A stretch of 64,000 bases of DNA from Podarcis melisellensis (Eukaryota). The number at the start of each line of letters is the position of its first letter. The stretch's first letter is position 1. The position numbers and the translations under genes are program-made. The notes under the pieces are model-generated. The model saw nothing but the letters and a program-made list of their open reading frames with translations. It did not search any database and was not told where the DNA came from. Below, in pieces: positions 11,201 to 26,200 of this stretch. Location of the stretch: the NCBI GenBank assembly GCA_964234715.1, contig OZ174281.1; one strand, given 5' to 3'.

Positions 11201-14200
11201 TTCCTCCTAAGGAATATCTAATAAATGCTTTTTAGTGTTTCATATATCTTAACTTGAAAATGTCAGAGTTTTTTGCATCATGTTTTGCAACAAGTTGATA
11301 TGTATGTTCGGAGCGCTAACACGTTAATGTTTATGTTGTTTTTGTACAGGAAATGTATGAGATTGCCAAGAAACTTTGTTCCTTCTGTGAAGGCCTAGTC
11401 CATGATGAACATCTTCAGCACCAAGGCTGGGCTGCCATAATGGCAAATTTGGAAGATTGCACATATTCTTACCAAAAGCTGCTTTTCAAGTTTGAAAATG
11501 CATATTCAAATTACCTGCAGTCCATAGATGATATTAAGCTGAAACTTACACAGTAGGTTTGCCATTAGACTCCTCAGTAAGAAGCTACCTCTGCATAGTC
11601 GCTTTACTGAAAACTAAGGTTTTATGGGGTTTGTTTACATTTACAGTAAATTATATGTGATACAGTTCCAGTGTCTTTGTACTAAATGAAATAGTAAGTA
11701 GTGCTAATGGTATTATTTATAGAGGCTTAATTTTGGAGTTAAGGCTATAAACCCAAACTTAAATCTCACTGAATTCTTACTTTTGAGTAGATATGTACTG
11801 GGATTGCACTGTAAAAAAAAAAGTAAGTTTTCCTAACCTTTTTTTCTTCAACGCTCTAATGCAAGACTGTGACTGGCTCAAGGACACCCAGGGAGCTTCA
11901 CAGTTAAGGAGTAGTCCAGCACTCGAACCATCACACTACACTGGCTCATCTGAAACCATTTGCCAAATAGTGTTGCACATGCATACGTAAAAGTTTTAGC
12001 TCTAGTAAAAAATAATCCTATTCAAGAATTCAGGAATTGAATCCATGGAGTACCCACAGGGTTGTATGTGCCAGCCCTGCCCCTTCCCTGCTGCCCTTTC
12101 TGAAGGGGGCTTGTAAGCACATTCAGCTGACCCCAGTTACAGAGGGTTCTCAGTCACATGGGAAACTGTACCCACATTCAGCTGGAGGCAGTTACAGTTC
12201 CCCGTCAGACTTTCCTTCATAATGTTGGATTATTGAGTGGAGAGAGCAGGGTCACTGCAACCCCTCCATCCTCCATGGATACAATTAATGAACATCCGAA
12301 TAAGGCTCAAGTCATAGTCCAATTCAGAATAGGTTTGAATATTTAATTTTATAAGGAAGCATTTCTTAATTGGAAAAAGTTGAAGACTTGAGTATTAAAT
12401 TATATTGAGGACACCTTTGAGAGCATATTTTTAAATTATGTTTGCCACTGTACCTCAGTTTCTTTGTACTTAATAGATTTTTGTGTGTGTTCTTTTCTCA
12501 AGCTTAGGGGCTGCTGTTTCGATAATGGCCAAGATCCCACTCTTGGAAAGCTTAACCAGACACAGTTACCGGGAATGTTTAGAACGACTAGATTCTTCTG
12601 CTGAACGTGGTGGGACGGAAAGTGAAGACACTGAGAATGAGAAGTCAGCTGAAGTGGCACTTTCTCCTGACATGCTTAAAATGAACAAACAATCGCTGTT
12701 AGCATCATTTTGCAAATCGGTAGAGCACACAATCCCAGATGGCACATCCTCCGAAAAAGTGGATGAAAACAGCCAAGCCAGTCAAAATCCTTCTGTTCAG
12801 GACAGTGATGCTTCAGTGGAACTTAAGGAGACTGATCTGCCTTCTTTCAATGTCTCACTTTTAGACTGGATAAATGTTCAAGATAGACCTAATGATGTTG
12901 AATCCTTGGTCAGAAAATGTTTTGATTCCATGAGCAGAGTAAGTTAACGCTTCAAATAATGCCATTGGGTTCTCTTTTAATATTTTTGCGTTCTGGCTTT
13001 CCAGCTTGCTACAAGTTTAAGCATTCTTCATAGGAATATGGTGAGATGTTCTTACCAGGAGTTATGAATCAGATTTTAATAATAGTTGTACAATCCTCTT
13101 TCTTACTCCTACATTGCATGATGATCTTGCTGTGGTTTGTGGTTGTGGTTTGAGCAAGGTTCCCACTGTTCATGAACGATATTGTTTTCACTCTAGCATG
13201 GTCACTCCCTATGGGAATTGTAATGAACAAATATCCTTTTCCTTGTATCAGCAGCCAATCATCTTCTGAGAGGCTAGGTGTAGCCACTTGCTGCTTTTGT
13301 CATTGTTAAAAAATGGAAATGAGCCTTGGGTCCACTTCAGAATTGACTAAGTTGTCACAATATGCCCATCATGTTAACTCTGAAATATATTTTAAGACTC
13401 TTTTATGGGAAAATAGGCTCTCCCATTGTTAGCATTTCTTTTTTTAAAAAGTAGCATGGGGTCAGAATAGAAACTTGTGGGATACCTTAGGCATTAAGCA
13501 AGTGTCCCCAGGACTACCTTCTGAAACCTTCCATCTAGGAAGGACTGGAGTCACTGCAAAATGGTCCTACTCCATCTAGCAGTCCATAAGCACTTTGTAG
13601 GTGATGGTATCTGAAACTTCTAAGAGGTCTTCTAGAACCAACAGGGATGGTACTCTCTCTATTTGTTGTTGTTTAGTCGTGTCCGACTCTTCGTGACCCC
13701 ATGGACCAGAGAACGCCAGGCACCTCTGTCCTCCACTGCCTCCCGCAGTTTGGTCAAACTCATGCTGGTAACCTCGAAAACACTATCCAACCATCTCGTC
13801 CTCTGTCGCCCCCTTCTCCTTGTGCCCTCCATCTTTCCCAACATCAGGGTCTTCTCCAGGGAGTCTTCTCTTCTCATGAGGTGGCCAAAGTACTGGAGCC
13901 TCAGCTTCACAATCTGTCCTTCCAGTGAGCACTCAGGGTTGATTTCCTTCAGTATGGAGAGGTTTGATCTTCTTGCAGTCCATGGGACTCTCAAGAGTCT
14001 CCTCCAGCACCATAATTCAAAAGCATCAATTCTTCGGCGATCAGCCTTCTTTATGGTCCAGCTCTCACTTCCATACATCACTACTGGGAAAACCATAGCT
14101 TTAACTATACGAACCTTTGTTGGCAACTCTCTCTATTTAGTTCCCAGCAAGGATCATCCACCAAGGTGACCAGAGTAGTCTTCTTCCTGAAACCAGATTG

Positions 14201-17200
14201 AAATGGAATTGTTTCAGAGGGAGCCCACTTCAGCTTGGACAAGTCCCAAATCTCTCATAATCTGCCCAATTCAGTTCAGATTCATCACATACCTGATGGA
14301 TACATGGTACATGGGCTTGAAAGCTTTAGAGGCCTGATTTAAGAAAAAAGACCAAAAGAAGCATATTTTGGAGACTTTTTTTGTTCAAATGAAACAAGCT
14401 GCAATCCTGTGCACACTTTCTTGGGAGTAAGCTCCAGTGAGCATAGTGAGACTTGCTTCCAAGTAAACATGCATTTGGAATGTGTTGTTAATCAGAAGGT
14501 TTAAGGAACTAATTAGAGATGACATTTTCATCTGCAGTTTAAAATCTTTCAAGCTTTTGGTTTCTAAAGTTACATATGTGAAATTATCTTTCCATGATCC
14601 ATTGATAGTATTTTTTGCACTAAAAGTGGTTATTCATGCCAACTGCCTTTTTGTTTTTCAGCTCGATCCAAGGATTATTCAGCCCTTTTTGGCAGACTGT
14701 CGACAAACAATTGCCAAATTAGATAATCAGAACATGAAAGCCATTAAGGGACTTGAGGACAGGCTTTATGCATTGGACCAGATGATAGCTAGCTGTAGCA
14801 GACTGGTAAATGAACAAAAAGAACTTGCTCAGGTAATGACTCTTTCAGTTTTTATGTGAGTGGCAGGTGGATGAGACTGTTTCCCAAGGCTACTGTATCT
14901 CTCCCCCCCCCCCCAATAATGTCACTATTTTTAAAGTATCACAATTTTATAATTTAGTGTTAAGCCCTAGATTAGTGCAACCCAGGCTAGGAAATGTGCT
15001 GTATTTTATCAGAACATGCATTTGGAAGCTAGCCTTCTGATGGAAGAAACAGCTGTCTTTTGAAAGGTGATGAAGAGGGTGGAGCAAAGCTGGCTGTGCC
15101 TTTAGGCAAACTGAGGTGGCTGCCTCAGGTGGCAGAAGCCCCCAAGGCAGAGCCCCATAGCTGCCCTGCCACTTCTGTGCTGATGCAGTGGTACCTCTGG
15201 ATACACACATCTCGGGTTGCATATCCTTCAGGATGTGAACATGGCAAACCCGGAAGTATTTTTTCGGGTCTTGCTGCACGTGCATGCGCAGAAACGGTCC
15301 CTCCAATTGTGGAAACCTTGGGATCCAACCAGAGCTCTGGAACGGATCCTGTCTGCAGCCGGAGGTACCACTGTATTGGCTAAAATAACATGAGATCTTG
15401 TGAGTGTGCAAGATCTCACATGATTCAGTGAGATCTCCCCCAAAATATGTGTCAGTGTCAGGGCTGGCAGAGAAGCAACGGTGAGAGAAGCTAGGCAGGT
15501 AAAGGTGGTACTTCTTGTTTCACCTCAAGCAGCAAAATGGGTCTCGACAGCTCAGGTGGAGGCAGAGCAACTCCAGGCACTCATGAATTTAGACAGATTC
15601 TGTACGCCAGTTCCAGTCTTTATTCAGGCCTGCTTGGGGACCAAACCAGCTCCAGTCACATGAGAGAGAAACCGGGTAGGGATGGGTTACACTCTTGATT
15701 TTGTTAGATCTCTTGGTGGCCTTTGATACCACTGGATCACCACTGTGGGTTTAGGAATAGGGAGTGCTGTTTGTAGAAGGTAGCATTGGGTGATGCCTTT
15801 CAGTCCCCTGGGAGTTCCATGGTGCTATTCAGTATAAGGGGCCAGTGGAATCAAATGCCATTAGGAAGTATTATAGCACAGCTCTATTTCTCCGTAACAT
15901 CTGAATCAAGAGGTGCTGTGGAAGTCCTGAAACAGTTCCTGGATTGAGGGACAGCAAACTGAAATGAAACACCAGCAAAGATAGAGGCCCTGTGTGTGAG
16001 TGGATACTGGATCTGAAAACTGGTCCATTGCCTCTTCTAGATGGGGTTGCACTTCCTCTGAATGAACAGGTGCATAACGTGGGGGGTTGATCCGTGATCC
16101 AGCATTGCCAGTGGAAGCACAAGCATCTGGAAATGCCTTTTACCAGCTTCAGCTAATAACGCCAGCTGCAGCCATTTCTGGACAAGGGGAGTTTGGTGAC
16201 AGTGGTTCACACAATAGTACTATTAGATCTATAGTCCACTTTAAATGGGGCTGTCCTTAAATTTCATCTAGAGTTGCTGCTAGTACAAAAAGACTGTTGC
16301 ATGGTAGAGACAACGTATAAAGCTTCTGTTGAAAGTATTGCTCTGGCTGCCGATTTGCTACTGAGCTACATTCAAGTTCTTATTACTGGTGTAAAAAGCC
16401 TATATAGTTCTGTACAAGGGTATATGAGAAGTCACCTCTTCCTCCTGTATCCTAGTCACTGAGATTTGTGGATAAAGATCTGTTGATGGTACCATGTGCC
16501 CCTGCTGTAAAGCATGCTGTGGTGCCAGTTCTCTGCATTTCTCTTTCTTGGAAGTGAAGCAGGCTCCAGCACTGTTGCCATTATTTATTTTGTGTCCTTC
16601 ACCCTAAGTTCCCAGGGCAGGTTACAGTATTACAGCACAATTGGGATTCGAGTTTCTCACTCCCATAACCCCCACCTCTGTTGCTCCTGCAGCAACAGTA
16701 ATTAATTGCTCGCTTTAAGCTACCTGATTTTACTCTTCGATAAACATTTCTCTGTCACAGTGACCCTGAGCCACATAGGTTTATTGTGAGAGGAGGGTGT
16801 GTTGAAGCTGCTGCCTCAAAGCAGAGAGAACGATTGGCTGTGAACTGGATTGGATCCTGTTTGTGGAACTGGGATCCATTAATAATGCTGACAATATTAT
16901 TTTAATTTTCCACATAGCTGTGTGAATTGTGCATGACATAGAGTGAAAATAAAAATAAATTCTTGATTTTATAAATAAATTCATCCATTAGATTTTCATC
17001 AATATGGTCAGTAGGTGGCATTGCATAATAAGGCTACTTCCGCTCAACTCCTAAATCAAATGTAAAGCTGTAGAGATGTTTGTGCTACTTACTTTCATTT
17101 GTGACTTTCATTTGGTTGTGTTTATTTCAATAATGCATATATCACATCTTTTATCCAAAAATGCCTTTCAGGTGGCATACATAAAAATTAAATGCAATAT

Positions 17201-20200
17201 TGAAATAAACTTAAAAGTCGTGAAACAAAAATATAGGAAAATTGAGAGGAATAAACTATTCAGCCAGTTAAAAGTACAGCAATTTAAAATCCCTGGGCAA
17301 ATAAAAAGGTTGAAGCCTGTCGCTAGAAAGAATACAGTGTTGATTGTTTGCTTTTCTTTAAAATCTTTGTATTATGAATATAAAAAGCTATATTTTATTC
17401 AAAATCCAGCCATTCCTATATGTAGAATACAATGCCTTTTCCCATAATTATGTATAGACATCTGAAGTTCTGAAGGATTCAAACGATCAGCTGGTTATGT
17501 GCTAGCAATCCTGCCATTGACAGCTGTGTCCACAGTTGACACACTCTATGTGTAGCTTTCAACAGCCACTATTTGTGTTAATTGAAATCCCTATGTGGGA
17601 CATAATTCTTGAACACAAATATTCAGCTTCACCTCATAAATATAAAATGATTTCATATGTAGTTCCACATGTTTACTAGCTGTCCAATGTATTTTTTCAG
17701 TGGCGACTCCCAATTGATGGTGCAATGTTTTCCTCAAACATTTCATTATTCCCCACTTCACTACCTTCTGGCACTAAAAGAAGACAATCATATTTTCCTT
17801 AGTTTTTAATGGACAGTCTTATTCTTGTTGCTTTTATTGTTCTGTGGTTTAAATTTTTATTGTTGGCTACCTTGGAAGCTAACCATGGATTATTATTATT
17901 TTTTAAAAAGCTACTTCATGTAAATAAGATGCAGAATTTTTGTAGTTTGCAATTTCATTATATAGCTGTGTCTACAATCCTGTACGTGCTTACCTGCAAC
18001 TACCATTGAACTCAATGGGGCTTATTTCTGAGTAGGCATAAGATTGCCCTGTAGCAGAAGTAAAAACATAATTGAAACTCTTTTAGTAATAATTCACTAA
18101 AATGGAGCAAGGTCCTTGAAACAGTAGGAAAAATATGTTTTAAAATTAGCAGTTTGCGTGACAGAACAGTATGGTTTGTTAGTCTTGTTGACAGATGTTC
18201 TATTTTAATGTCATGCAGTTATATAAGTAGGTTTTAACAAATGAGGTTTTTTACTCTAGGCCAGTAATTAAGTTATGGTTTGCAGAAGATGTGCCCATTT
18301 TGCATGGAGTACTAAATGATCTGAATAGTGTTCTTGTCCTTGGTTTGTGTATATGAAGCTGGCACAGAACATTTGACAAGATAATAAATAAATATGTATT
18401 AATTTCCATTTTTATACCACCCACCATCATTTCAGTGTCACAGCTTGGGTTACAAATGAAACATCAAGCTCATAGAAATAGAGAATTGTAAAGTTGGAAG
18501 GGACCCCAAGGGTCATCTAGTTCAACCCCCTGCAATGCAGGAATCTCAACTAAAGCATCCATGACTGATGGCCATCCAACCCCTGCTTAAAAACCTCCAA
18601 GGAAAGAGAGTCCACCACCTTCTGAGGGAATCTGTTCCACTGTCAAACAGCTTTTACCAGCAGAAAGTTTAGTCTGAATCTCCTTTCTTGTAACTTGAAG
18701 CCATTGGTTCGAGTCCTACCTTGTCTATTGAATTGTGTTTCTTTATAAAACTGCACAATGTCTTGTTTTAAATGTGACAGCTCAAATAACTAACACTGTT
18801 TAGCTTGGTTTTGGGATATGCATGGATCTGGGCTATCAGGGAGCATTAAGATGTATTATAATTGAGTGATTATGTGCTGTGAAGACCAGGCGTCATCGTC
18901 ATCATCATCATCATAATTTATACCCCGCCCATCTAGCTGGGTTTCCCCAGCCACTTTGGGCGGCTTCCAACAAAATATTAAAATATAATAGTCTATTAAA
19001 CATTAAAAGCTTCCCTAAACAGGGCTGCCTTCAGATGTCTTCTAAAAAGGCAGTGTTTATGTCCTGCTTTTGTTTTCATATCTTGCCACAACAATGAGTT
19101 TTAAACCTGTTTTCTTATAGGGATTTTTGGCTAATCAGAAGAGAGCAGAGAACTTGAAAGATCCTTCTGTATTACCTGATTTGTGCTTGAGTCATGCAAA
19201 TCAATTGATGATTATGTTAACTAACCACCGGAAACTTTTAGATATTAAACAGAAATGTACTACTGCCAAACAAGAACTTGCAAATAATCTACAAGTCCGG
19301 CTGAAGTAAGTGATGCTGCTGCAGTGCTATATGCTCCTCAACCATGTTTTGTTTTGTTTCCTTTTTATTGTCACGAGCCTGTCATGCATGCAACACTTCT
19401 AAAATTATTTTTTTATGCAGGGATGGGAAACCTCCACTTCGTAATGGTCAGTAACTAAATGGCATAAAGATAAAGATCAGTTATCACCAATCTAAGTACT
19501 AGGTGCTAAGATTGGAGATATCTGTAAAGTTCGCTCATCTCTTTTTGGGTGGGGTGGGGGCTTGCTTTTAGTCTTGTGCAAGAAAGATATTTAGTTCATA
19601 TCCGACAGTCAAACCTGAATTTAGATTTAATTTTGTTAATGTGACTTATTGGGACAGTTCTGGGATCTTGAACTTGGTACACGATGCATAAATCAACTGT
19701 ATGAGAATCTAGTGTTTTGTTTTTGTATTTTTACCATGCCATTGACGCTTGACCAATATGCCGTATAAGCAAATATAGGTAGATTTGTAGAACTGGTTTT
19801 TGGCATTCTGTATTATATTCTGGTTTTTGGCAGAAAATGAACAGAGCTCTTTTGTTTACAAATGAGCAAACTGATACAATTCTGGAAACAGAAGTTCTGG
19901 TAGAAGCATCCAGTGGAGAAATTTTATTGCTGTTAACGATTCAGTATGCTACAGTGAAACTTTGTATTCCATAGGTGGTGCTGCTTTGTAATGCTTCATG
20001 CTGACCAGGATGGAGAGAAACTTCAAGCGTTGCTTCGTCTTGTAACAGAGCTGCTAGAAAGAGTGAAGATTGTAGAGAAGCTTAGTAATGTCCCTCAGAT
20101 GTACTGCTTGGCTGTTGTTGAAGTTGTAAGGAGAAAGATGTTTGTAAAACACTACAGGGAGGTAAGCAACTTGAGTACAAAACCTAGATCTCAGATTGAA

Positions 20201-23200
20201 GACTTGAGGAGGGAACATGACTGTGTGTGTATGTATGTTTAATATATATATGTATTTTTTCTTATAGTGGGCTGCTGCTTTAATAAAAGACGGGAAACAT
20301 CTTTATGATGCAGAAAAGGCCAAAAGGGAATCTTTTGGAAAGTTATTTAGTAAGTATTTTCTCTCTCTCTCACTCTCATTCTTAAACCTGTAATATTGAT
20401 ACATACACCACTTTTATCTCTGAATAATAATTAGGTCATACATTGTGGCTACCATGTAAAGGCTATTTTAAATCGCAGCATTTTGCGACTGTTACCTTAT
20501 GTTGAGCTAGTTGTGTGCAGATAAAAACTAGATCATTGGGGGGGGGGCTTTTGAAAACTACCACATCCCTTCTCTTTCTTCCCTTTGCTTTATTGCCCTA
20601 GGCCAGGTGTGAGGAACCTGTGGGCCTCCATCTGTGGCTGAACTACAGCTTGCATCACTTTTGGTCATGCTTGCTGGGGCAGATGGAAATTGTAGTTTAG
20701 CAACATCTGGAGGGCCAAAGATTCTTCACAGCTGCCCTTGGACCTTCTCTCCCACCCCTCACCTGAATTATACAATGAAATAACCTTTTATGTAAAAGTT
20801 GAAAAGAGGAGATCTATAGGTATACATGGGGAAAATAAAATGAAATTGCCCATGTTAAATTTGCACAAATAACTTGCAATGTAGTTCTATATTGTTCCTC
20901 TTAATAGTGTCCTGAGAAAGAACTGTTAGGAAATGCATTGGGCTCATTCCCCCCTCCAAAAAAAACACCCCTCCCCATTTTTGTTGTTGTTTGTTTTGAT
21001 GTGTGTACACACACACATAGAGACATACACATACATATACACATATGTGAATAAGTGAAGTAATATTTATTTCTCTGAACAGGGAAATCTTTTCTAAGAA
21101 ATCGTTTGTTCAGGGGACTTGATGCCTGGCCCCCATCCTTTTGTGTGAGTATACCATGCTTTTTATTTTTAATGAAGACTTTTGGCTTTTCCAAACACTT
21201 TGAGGAATTAGTATAATTTGAATTTAGAAGGAAGTGTGTAGCTACTTTTTGTATTAACTAGCTTGTGAAGAGGGGGGTATTTAGATTCTTGGTGGCATAG
21301 AATGATTACTTGCCCTAGAATAATTTCTCTGGTAGCATAAATTAGTGATCTTTCATCCAGTGTAACCATTTATGTGTATATTTTCATTTAAAAGTGTAGA
21401 CAAATATTTCAGGCTTATAAATAGTCTCTACCCTGTCTGATGCACAGAAGAAGCAACCAGGTTGGGAATTTCTCAAACCTTGAATATTTTCTTAGAAATA
21501 TCTGGTCATTTGTTTAACAAATTTATTGGGCAAGCTACTTTTCTAGATTTGTTTACAAGCCTCAGATGTTCCTACTTTCAGCTGCAGCTGTTTTAGTGAT
21601 CAGGAGACATTCAAGCTCCCTGCACAGTCTTTCACCAATAAATGGAAATTAAAATATATCTCAATGGTCTTTATTTTTGGGCTTAAAAAATATCTCAGTT
21701 GTCCAATCTATTTTGCTATTTATCGTGTTCTCATTGATTTCTTTTACATACAGACCCGAAAACCTCGCAGGTTTGATGGTGAACTTCCTGATATCTCATT
21801 ATCCGATCTGCAATTTTTGCAGTCCTTTTGTCCTTCAGAAGTCCAACCATTACTCAGGTAAAATGAGTTCCTAAGCATGTGGGCAAGCAGAAAATAGATT
21901 GGGATCTACTGCTAGATCTCTGGGCATTTTGTAGTAGATTGGCAGTGGTTCCCATAACAATAAACTAGTAAAATTGTAGTAAGGTGGCTCAGAGAAAAAA
22001 ATATATCTGCCATAGCTAGCCTTGCTTTATAGTATTCATTTATTTCCTTTGGCCAGGTATTTGTATGGTTTGGTGACCTAGTTTTAGAGGCTATGTATTA
22101 GAACCTCTGATCTTTAGCAATTAGGGTTCAAACTGAATACTTTTGTGGCAGCAGGACTTTTCATGATAGCACAGGATTGCCCTCCTTTGAATAACTGGTA
22201 AGACAGAGACAGTTGTGAACTTTTAAACATCTTTAAAATGTCTGCCCAGGCTTTCCGGGACTCTTGGCTCTTGATTTTTATGTTTATTTTTGTTTTGTGC
22301 ATGGTTTGGTTTTATCTGTGATAATACAGTTGTGTTTTGTCATTTTTAACTTAGAGGTTGGAAATTTTGTTGAATATTGTGTTGTTTTATGTAAATCATA
22401 GAATCATAGAACTGTAGAATTGGAAGGGATCACGAGGGTCATCTAGTCCAAACCCCTTGCAATGTTTGCCCAACGTGGGACTCAAACCCACGACCGCTAA
22501 ACTACTTAAAGATTTTGAATATGCTAAGTGGTATATTTTTATATATAAATAAATATTCTTAAACGCAGTTTACATTTGTAATCTGTTAATATCTGTTTAA
22601 TGTAATCTGTGTTAATTACTCTGTATTTTTAAGGGTTCCTATACTTTGTGATTTCGAACCTCTCCACCAGCATGTACTTGCTCTACATAATCTGGTCAAA
22701 GCAGCACAAAGTTTGGATGAAATGTCACAGACCATTACAGATCTGCTGAATGAACAAAAGGTACCATTGCGTTATATGTGTGACTTTATATATGGGTAGA
22801 TTGTTGAATGCCAATCCTAAACACAATTACTTAGAAATTAACTAAGTTAATAATAATAATAATAATAATTTATTATTTATACCCCGCCCATCTGGCTGAG
22901 TTTCCCCAGCCACTCTGGGCGGCTCCCAATCAGTGTTAAAAACAGTACAGCATTACATATTAAAAACTTCCCTGAACAGGGCTGCCTTAAGATGTTTTCT
23001 GAATGTCAGGTAATTCTTTATCTCTTTGACATCTGATGGGAGGGCGTTCCACAGGGCGGGCGCCACTACTGAGAAGGCCCTCTGTCTGGTTCCCTGTAGC
23101 CTCACTTCTCGCAATGAGGGAACCGCCAGAAGGCCCTCGGCGCTGGATCTCAGTGTCCGGGCTGAACGATGGGGGTGGAGACGCTCCTTCAGGTATACAG

Positions 23201-26200
23201 GACTGAGGCCGTTTAGGGCTTTAAAGGTCAGCACCAACACTTTGAATCGTGCTCGGAAATGTACTGTTGTGAAGTTGTGAAGTGAATCGGTGAGGAATAT
23301 TTCTGAGAAATGTATTTTGTGAACAAGAACAAAAAAAAGTTGCTTCTCAGTTCCTCGGCCTTTCCTGAGAGTACTCAACTTTCAGTAGATGTTTCTTGTG
23401 GAGTGTATCTTCTCTCTACAAGAAGGCAAACTGCCTGCAGTTGGCAGCTTATTGCCCATACTTTATATAATATCACAATCAACTGCCCTAAAATTTTTGA
23501 TTGAGAAACTAGGAGGGTTCGATCCTTTGAATCTTGGCATTTTGCCAAACAGACCTTTTTAAATACTTTCCTATTTTTTTGTAAAGTTAACACAACTTAT
23601 TGGACATACTGGAACAGTCAGCTAAAAGTTGCTTTCCCTAACCTCCAAAGATATTTTGTGGTGCTTAAATGTTGGGTTTCTGAAATACCTAGGACCTCTT
23701 ATTCACAACATTTATTTGAAGTAACATACTTAATCACAAAACGTTTCAGGTTTAAACATAGTTAAGTGTCAGTTATGTATTTCTGAAAGCATCTGTTGCA
23801 AATCCGTGAGCTTGTCACCTCATCAGGGGTCCATCCTTTGATTGTTTATTACACCACCCTTCTTAGAAAGGTAACATATGGAGAGACTTAAATCAAGGAG
23901 GAAATTTGTAAAATATTTATCTTGGTGTTCTTTTTCAGCACATTGTTATAGGGGCTGCTTCTGTTCATATTTCTGCTTCTCAGGATATTTTTTTTCTTGG
24001 GAATTTACTATTGATATTAATTGGAAAGCATTTTGCTACAAGCCTAAATTAGGCTTGCATGGCTAATACTGGAAATATTTTTCTTTAAAATACTAATTGA
24101 ATGGAAAGAAAATGTGATACTGAAGCAGAATCCACTAGTTATAGTGTGCTTTTTCTGAACTCAGTCTTTGCACCTTGTTTTGTCAACACAGCATAAAAGC
24201 TGAATAAACAATTAATTTAAGGAGATACAGCTTGAAAGAAACTAAGGTAGAAATTACAGAGAGTGATCATGGCTAGATTTCATTCATATCTTTGTGTTAT
24301 GTGATTCACTTACTAAATAAAATTGTACTTCCATAAATGCATGTAAACGGGCAAATCCCAGTAATTCAGAGTAATGTAATTTACCATCTGACAAGTATTT
24401 CAGGACCTCTATCATACACTAATTATAACCAGTTTGCTACATAATGTTCTAGCACAGGAGCAAGCAACCTTTGTTGTGGGTTGCATGTTGGTGGTCGATA
24501 GAGCCAGTGACAAAAATGTTCTAAATTAACTGATTCAGAATAAAGGCCACCCTGCCACAAATAGCATTATGGCTACCTCAGATTAGAATTCCTAGTCTTC
24601 TACAAGTCTACTCAGAAGTAAACCCGATACATATAAAAACATTTGTTTTTAGTACAAGCATATAGGTTCCAGGCCCTTTTTAGAAAGGAAGTAAAAATAA
24701 TTCCCATTTTACTTCGGCATACTATGCACACACATACACGCAGAACTAGAGCATAAGCATACCAATTTATTTTTGGACAGCTTGGAAGGGGGGTTATTTT
24801 CTCCAAAGTATGCAAGCAGGAAAAAAAGTTGTTTAAAAATTCCTTTATGTTTTATCAGATAAAATACTGTCCGTTTCAAATATTCTGAAATGATATAAAA
24901 GTGGGGGGGGGGGGAAGAGAGAGAGAGAGAGAGAGAAATTAAACTAGGAACAAATGAATGAAACAGAATGAAAGGAACTCTGATGGGATGCAAGAATGAG
25001 GCAGCTTCAGAAGATGCATCAAATGAGATTGGGGTACTGATTTGCTGGTGTGCCCTGGATTAACCATGGTTTTACTTTCTGCTACCTATAGCTGCCAGTA
25101 CGATGTCATAAGGTTTTATAAATTCCTCCTTCTCTACTGTGAAATCCTGCCACATGTATGGAGCCCGCTCGAGGCCTATCTTAGGAATTGTTTATGTTTA
25201 TGGAATGATAGTATTTTAACTCTGGCCTGTGTTTTATACTTTTAGGCTTCCAACAGTCAAGCCTCACCACAGTCTGTCACTACACCAAGGATGGAAAGTA
25301 CAACAATTGCTACCTCTCCTAGAACTCCACCACCACTCAGTCTTCATGGTCCTTTGTGCCCTCCTGTGTGCCCCCCAGGTCCTTTAGAAGAATTGTCTCC
25401 AGACAGTATTGATGCTCATACATTTGATTTTGAAACGATTGCCCATCCAAGCATTGAACAAGCCCTTAAGCAAGGGTCATTAGACTTGGACTCACTGGCA
25501 GAAAGTCCAGAATCTGATTTTATGTCAGCTGTTAATGAGTTCATAATAGAAGAAAACCTAACGTCACCGAATGTGATAAGTGATCCTCAAAGTCCAGAAA
25601 TGATGGTGGAATCTCTCTATTCCTCAGTCATCAATGCAATTGACAGCAGGCGGATGCAAGACACAAATATATGTGCAAAAGCGGAAGCTTTAGAAAATTC
25701 TGCTATAAATGTTTATATGGAAAAATGTAGAGATGTTGCCGAGGAATCTCGGTTAAATTTAATAAACATAAAAGAAGACCTTTGTCATTTTAGAACATTT
25801 GTAGAAAAAGAACAGTGTGACCTTTCCAGTTCTTTAAAATGTACTTCAATAGAAATAAAGAATATTATAGAAAAAGTAAAATTTTCTCTTGAAAAAACGC
25901 TAAAAGATAAACACCAGAAAGAGCTGCAATTGGTAAAAACTGAATATGAAAGCAAAATGAATACTTTAGTTGAAGATGGTGAAGAGAACAAAAAAAAGAT
26001 CACAAAATTAAAAGGTGACTTAAAAGGTCTTGAAGATGTTTTGCATGATAAAGATAATGAATTTGCAATAGTAAAGAATGAAAAGGAAGCAGTTGTGTTT
26101 TTACAAAATGAAAAGGAGCAAAAATTGCTTGAATTGGAAAGTCAAATGAAGAATCAGAGTTGTGAAATTAAAGAACTAAGAGAGTCACGTGAAAGGGTGA

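Noticed and set aside
13663-14169. 168-aa + strand ORF
   Set aside because: Antisense shadow of the BovB fragment
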